Shown here: positions 59,011 to 64,000 of the stretch, one piece after another
How positions within the stretch are numbered: position 1 is the first letter of the stretch
Layout: each line of letters begins with the position of its first letter
Assembly (NCBI GenBank): GCA_973895155.1
Contig: OZ316892.1
Location: forward strand, 27,117,233 to 27,181,232
DNA: 64,000 bases
From: Marsupella aquatica
Lineage: Eukaryota > Plantae > Marchantiophyta
Direction: 5' to 3'
Notes under the pieces: generated by a model
The model's input: the letters and a program-made list of their open reading frames with translations, nothing else
What the model was told of the DNA's origin: nothing
Database searches by the model: none
Position numbers and translations under genes: made by a program

Positions 59011-61252
59011 TAAATCTCCACCCAAAAGACCCACCACCAAAAAATGCAGTATTTACGGACCCCATTAGAGGTCCCTTCCAAAATTCCTGGCACCACAGCG
59101 TGCCACATCAACAACAACCGCAACAAACAAGACTAGTCGGTTTTGTGAATAAAACTTATAGTTTTCATTGGTGTTTGTGTCAATTTGGGTGTAAATTTTG
59201 GGACGCCATGCCGTAAAAACAAAAGTAAAAACATTGGAAATGCAAAGAGCAAGACGGTTAAAACTGTCACTATGTAACCGTTTTAGTTACATTTCCAATT
59301 TTAAAACTTAAATGCAAAGATTTATAAAAAGTATTTTTCATATAATAAATAATGACTAATAACTAACTTGATAACTTCCTTGTTAAACCGCAACTCCCGG
59401 TATGTAAGGATCTCTCGTATTGTACGGCCATTAATGTTGGGAAGAGCACATAAAAACCCAGGATCGGGGAGGAGGAATGGCTGGAATCTTGAAAGTTCAT
59501 GATTGAATTTTATACTCAAAACTATTTACTCATTCTCAAAACAAAAATACCCAGTCGTAGATCTCATTGAGATCTTTCTTTTGCACCCTAGATTGCCTTC
59601 TAACATGGATGAATAAGATTTCTAGAGGCTTTACAAGATGGACGGCAAAGATCGTAAAATCAACAAAATCGATGGCTAGGAAGGTTTGGATTTGTTTAAT
59701 TTTTCATTTGAAAAATATTAACCCATTTGCAAAACGGATAGAACCCATCCATAGATCTATTTGAAATCTTTCTTTTGAGCCATAGATTGGCCATTATGAT
59801 GGACGGACGAGATTTCCGAAGATAAGAAATGGAGACGGCTCAGATGACTCTTCCTCTGATTTTATTAGCCAAGGGGTCCACTAACTAATTACCATTACTA
59901 GTCTGGACTGTCACAGTGTCAAGTCCATGGTGGCCAAAATTTATTGTTTACACCCATCACAATAATGTAGAATTGTGTCTGGACAATAATTCTCCAAGTG
60001 TCAAGTCCATGGTAGCGAGAACGTGTAATCCGAATGTCCACCGAAAAGAGCAACCGCTGCAGGATTTACCGTAACACGTTTGGCCTTACGATGTCCGGAG
60101 GAGTCGGATCGGCAAAGTTAAGAGCAACAACTTTGACCCTTCGCTATAATAATTATGTATCCCACTTTACACACTTACATTACAATCTGTCACCTCCTCA
60201 GCGAGCTTTCCCGGACTTGCCGGGCAACGAACAAAGAGGATGTATCGGCCGATTCCATCGAAGCTTCTGTGTCCGACACATGGACCGTGAAAAGCATCCG
60301 ATGTTCGTAAACAACACACAATTGTGCAAAGGTGTAGGGACCTACTGTCGATCGTGTCCCGCCGAGTACTTTTGACTTCATTCAGATAGATCTCACAACG
60401 GTACTGCATTATCTATTTGTGGGGAAAAGTGGGAGAATTAATGGTGCTGTACTCTCATGATATAGCGCCATGGTGCCTAGGTAAAGGCTAACAATTAATT
60501 AATTCGGAGGAGTGGGACAAGTCCAGATCAGGCGTCATGAAATCCGTTGTTATTTCATGGATCCGGAGCCTTTCATCATTTTTCGTGATGTCTGGATATC
60601 GGAAATCGGGAAATCGTGCAGCGCGTCTGAGTGTTGTCGTTTTAGTAAATTGTGAAATGAGAATTGTGAGCATTCCCGTTAGATCGTCGGACAGAATGAT
60701 GATGATGATGGTGTGGGGTGAGTTGTGAGTTGTGACAAATTCAACGAGGGATTTGGGAATTTGGAGGTGGGGGGCGTGGCGCAGCGCTGCGCTGTCCCCG
60801 GGAATGATGGGACGCTCGCCTGCAGGAGAGGAACACGATACGCAGAAGCGGGCCCTCCTCCCTGAAATTCGCGGAAATGCATGTGATTGTATCCTACCAT
60901 CGCACTGGGAGAGAATGTAACGGTAGGTGCAGCTATTCCGTTGCACGCTTCGATCATGATAGCTGGCAAATCAGGTCTCCTGTTTGCATTTTCTGCTTGC
61001 TAGTCTCGACGAGCCTGGTCATCATTCCCCCTGCGGACTACCTTAATAATTATAAAGCTCCTCTCATCTGTACGGTATAGTGATTTTATGAACTTCTAGT
61101 CTTCTCCCAGGCGTGTTCTCCCCTGGCGTGGATTCGACAGGCAGAGAGCGTTTTCGGGAGTTGTGTTGGAGCAAGGGTCGTTAACTGTCAGTGCGGCCAC
61201 TACAGTGACCGATTGAAAAATTTCGGATTTGATCGACGAATACGTTCCTGGC

Positions 61253-63838
61253 ATGAGCGGACTTACGAAAATGGCAGCTGCTGCCCGTCAAGCTGGAGTG
61301 CCATGTCGAGTGGTATGTAGGTATTCGTTTCTGGTGCTGGTGCTCCTGGGAACTCTGCTGACTAGCAGCGCTGGTGGATCCGCACTGGATTCTGCATCGC
61401 CTTCATTGTTCGCGGAGGATATTAAACAATTGGGTGAGTCAAAATATTTTCTGGCATCACCTATCTGCTTCTGGGGTCTGCGCTGTTGCACATTGCAGAG
61501 AGCCCCAACCTCACCGGCGGACTCTTGTGTTATGTCGTTATATTAAGGAGCTGAAGCACGGGATACTGTGTCCGTCCAACCCGTGTCCTGCTTTTTAGAG
61601 CCGTTTCTAGGAGGTCGCCTGTCGTGAGTTTGTACCAGTGTCGATATCCACCTTCCCATCTGTTGGCTTCGTTCGATGATGGTGTTCTGAAGAAGGGGCC
61701 TTCTCTCAAGCACATCCCCTTGTGCGGCCCCTCTTCTAAAGCATTTGCTGTTCTATCCATCCAAGTGATAGAAAAGGTCTTGGTACTCTCATTGCCATTC
61801 ATCTATTGTCCACAAAATTTGTTGAAGATTCGCAATGGGAGAGTTGACTGTCCGATTATGAAGAAGGATAGTTAAATTCGACCCATGTGGATTCTTGTAC
61901 CGCTTGCACGGCTTGTGTGGTCTGTTATCTCGCCTTTCATGTCGAATGATAGATTTTGGAGACATGTATCTTACTTTAAAGAATTCGTTTTTGCAGCTCA
62001 GCCAGCTTACCTTGCATTTTCCGAGGGAGGTTCAAGACATCTTCTTCAAGTAATCAGCAGTAACACAACCAATGCCCAGGCACCACTTCTATTGGCAAGG
62101 AGCCGGACGGATAGGCCAAATCCGCTCCATGGACTAAAAACATATACGAGAGGGTACAATCTGTCCAACAAAGATTATGGGGCGGTGAGTCTCGTTCTCC
62201 ATTTGCATCAATACACTTCCTTTGTCTCTGCCGCTTCGGGCAAAGCTTAGATTCTACACAATTTCGAGTTCATTGCAAGAATCATTGGACACGCTTGTCT
62301 TGGGGGCTTCGTGGTCTCTGCCTCCATCGTCTAGGACGACCCGCAGATCCGCAGATTGGGTTACGGCTGTTCTATTGCAAACATTACCAACATATTGATT
62401 TTTCGTTCTGCTTTTGCTGGATGACAGTCGGTGGGATACACGGGGCTTCCAGGTTGGATTTTGGCCATAATCTGGGCAGCGCTAGCCTTGTTCCTGCTCA
62501 TGACTCTGTGTTTCATGTGTTGCTGCTGCCGGCATAGGACCAAACATGAATACAGCCACGGACGCCTGGGATATATTCTTCCGATACTCGCGCTAGTGCT
62601 TTTCACTCTTGCTGCCATGTAAGTCAATTGCTAGCTCGAAAATGCACGTCGTCCGTAGCTTCTGAACGTCTTGGGTGTGAATCCGCTTCCTCTGCTCTTA
62701 ACCGGTGCTCATCCATTTTGTTGGAACTGCGAGCCCCAGCTTTTGTGCCCGACTCGGCTTTGTTCCACTGCCTCACTTACAATCTCGTGCTGTTGGGACT
62801 TTGCAGAGCTGGGTCGATCTTACTCTACTACGCTCAGCGTTCTTTTAATAACGAGTTGACGGACACTTTGGACTATGTGGTCCAGCAGTCACAAGTCACT
62901 GAGGGAGGCCTTCGACAGGTTCAATCCAACCTGAGCAGTGTTGCTAATCTCAACATCGTCGGTATCACGTTCACACCTGCCGACCAACAAACGATTACGT
63001 CATTAAACACGCGGCTTAATAGTACAGCTAATGATCTGCACAGCAAAACTTTGGACAATCGGAAGAAAATAAAAAATGCTATCAATATTGTGTACGTTTA
63101 CTTCACACCACGTCTTTGTGATTGGCCTGCGTTGACAAATTTGCTCTCGCGGTTACGGGGCGTTCTGCCCGTTGAACAAAGTTTGCTGTAAATCTCACAT
63201 TTCAGTCTCGTTGTTGCAGGCGAATCGTGCTCGTAGTGGTGGCTGCTGTCATGTTAGCGCTTGTGCTACTTGGCCTCCGTGAGTTTTTCTACGAATCGAC
63301 CTCTATGAACTTGTGCTATTGTTTCTGGGAGTTTCTTGTCTTCTTCGTTAGCCTCTGTGTAGGGACTTTGAACACAGTCGTTAAGCCAAAACAAGCCTCG
63401 AAAGAAGAATATGTTTGCTACAAACGTAGCTGCATTTTCTCATTATAGCGTATGTTAATGGTTCTCCTGGACCTGCATTCCTGTAAAATATGTACTCACG
63501 TTTTCTTGTTGTGCTTTTCAATGTTTTCAATTCTCGGAATACGATGGCTTGTTTACTTGTAAGTTTTGTCGCGGCGAACCTTTATTTTTGGTTGGACATT
63601 GGTCTATGTTTGTCTTTCTTTCCTGGCATGGCATTTTTGCATCTGGAAGTGAATTGCAGGCACAGGTCAGATTGGAAATTTCCTTGCCAATTCACTCCGT
63701 AGTTGTTACAGTTCTAAGAGTCTGTTCTGCGTGGATTGATTCCGAGATATGTTCTTTTTTCCACAGGTTGGTTTTGGTGGGCTGGGTGTTGGTGCTTGGA
63801 ACATGGATACTTTGCGGCATATTCATGTTCATTGATAA
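61253..63838 (+). CDS. Host gene: plant multi-pass membrane protein of the uncharacterized At2g12400/At2g25270-like family (5' part; continues beyond the window)
   Basis: Phase-consistent exons 61253-61433, 61997-62184, 62428-62618, 62807-63091, 63220-63278, 63522-63558, 63767-63838; signal peptide, RTDRPNPL...YTRGYNLSNKDY, TM helices with a CCCC cluster, LVLVGWVLVLGTWILCG. Confidence 0.88.
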
Positions 63839-64000
63839 GTATGTATTTTACTGAGTCATCTTCCTTCCCCGCCTAACAGGCTCAGATATTGGTTCTTATT
63901 AGTCTTGTGATCACTTGTTCGGGGTTGTGAATTTGTGATTCGTCCTGTCTTCGCAATTATCAGGGTTCGTCTTATCGTACCCATTACCAGAAAAGGGAAC

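Noticed and set aside
1-64000. tRNA, rRNA or prokaryotic defence systems
   Set aside because: None seen; the only tRNA complementarity is at retrotransposon PBS sites

Overview
Transposon-dense eukaryotic DNA from a land plant, probably a non-seed plant (an inference from the element types and gene structure). About 58 kb of nested mobile elements lies upstream of one host gene, a multi-exon membrane protein starting at 61253 and running off the window. Left to right: a degenerate PIF/Harbinger transposase is cut by a truncated Ty3/Gypsy copy. A Mutator-like TIR element (11440-23926) carries a MITE and a full-length degenerate Copia, and that Copia's 3' LTR holds another TIR element. A cluster of 8-bp-TSD MITEs is hit by a second Copia whose gag-integrase region is replaced by about 9 kb of cargo, including a spliced, decayed gene with Ulp1 SUMO-protease and FCP1/NIF-type HAD phosphatase domains. 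A very young 13.5-kb non-chromovirus Gypsy (42993-56534, LTRs identical by eye, GGAAA TSD) is the most interesting object. It has a TGA-CAA-TTA readthrough-type junction between protease and RT, two PPTs bracketing an 857-aa extra ORF, a second retropepsin-like ORF, and a palindromic GACGCT-N5/6-AGCGTC motif clustered in the LTR, the leader and upstream of the extra ORF. All homology calls come from motif recognition by eye, not database searches.
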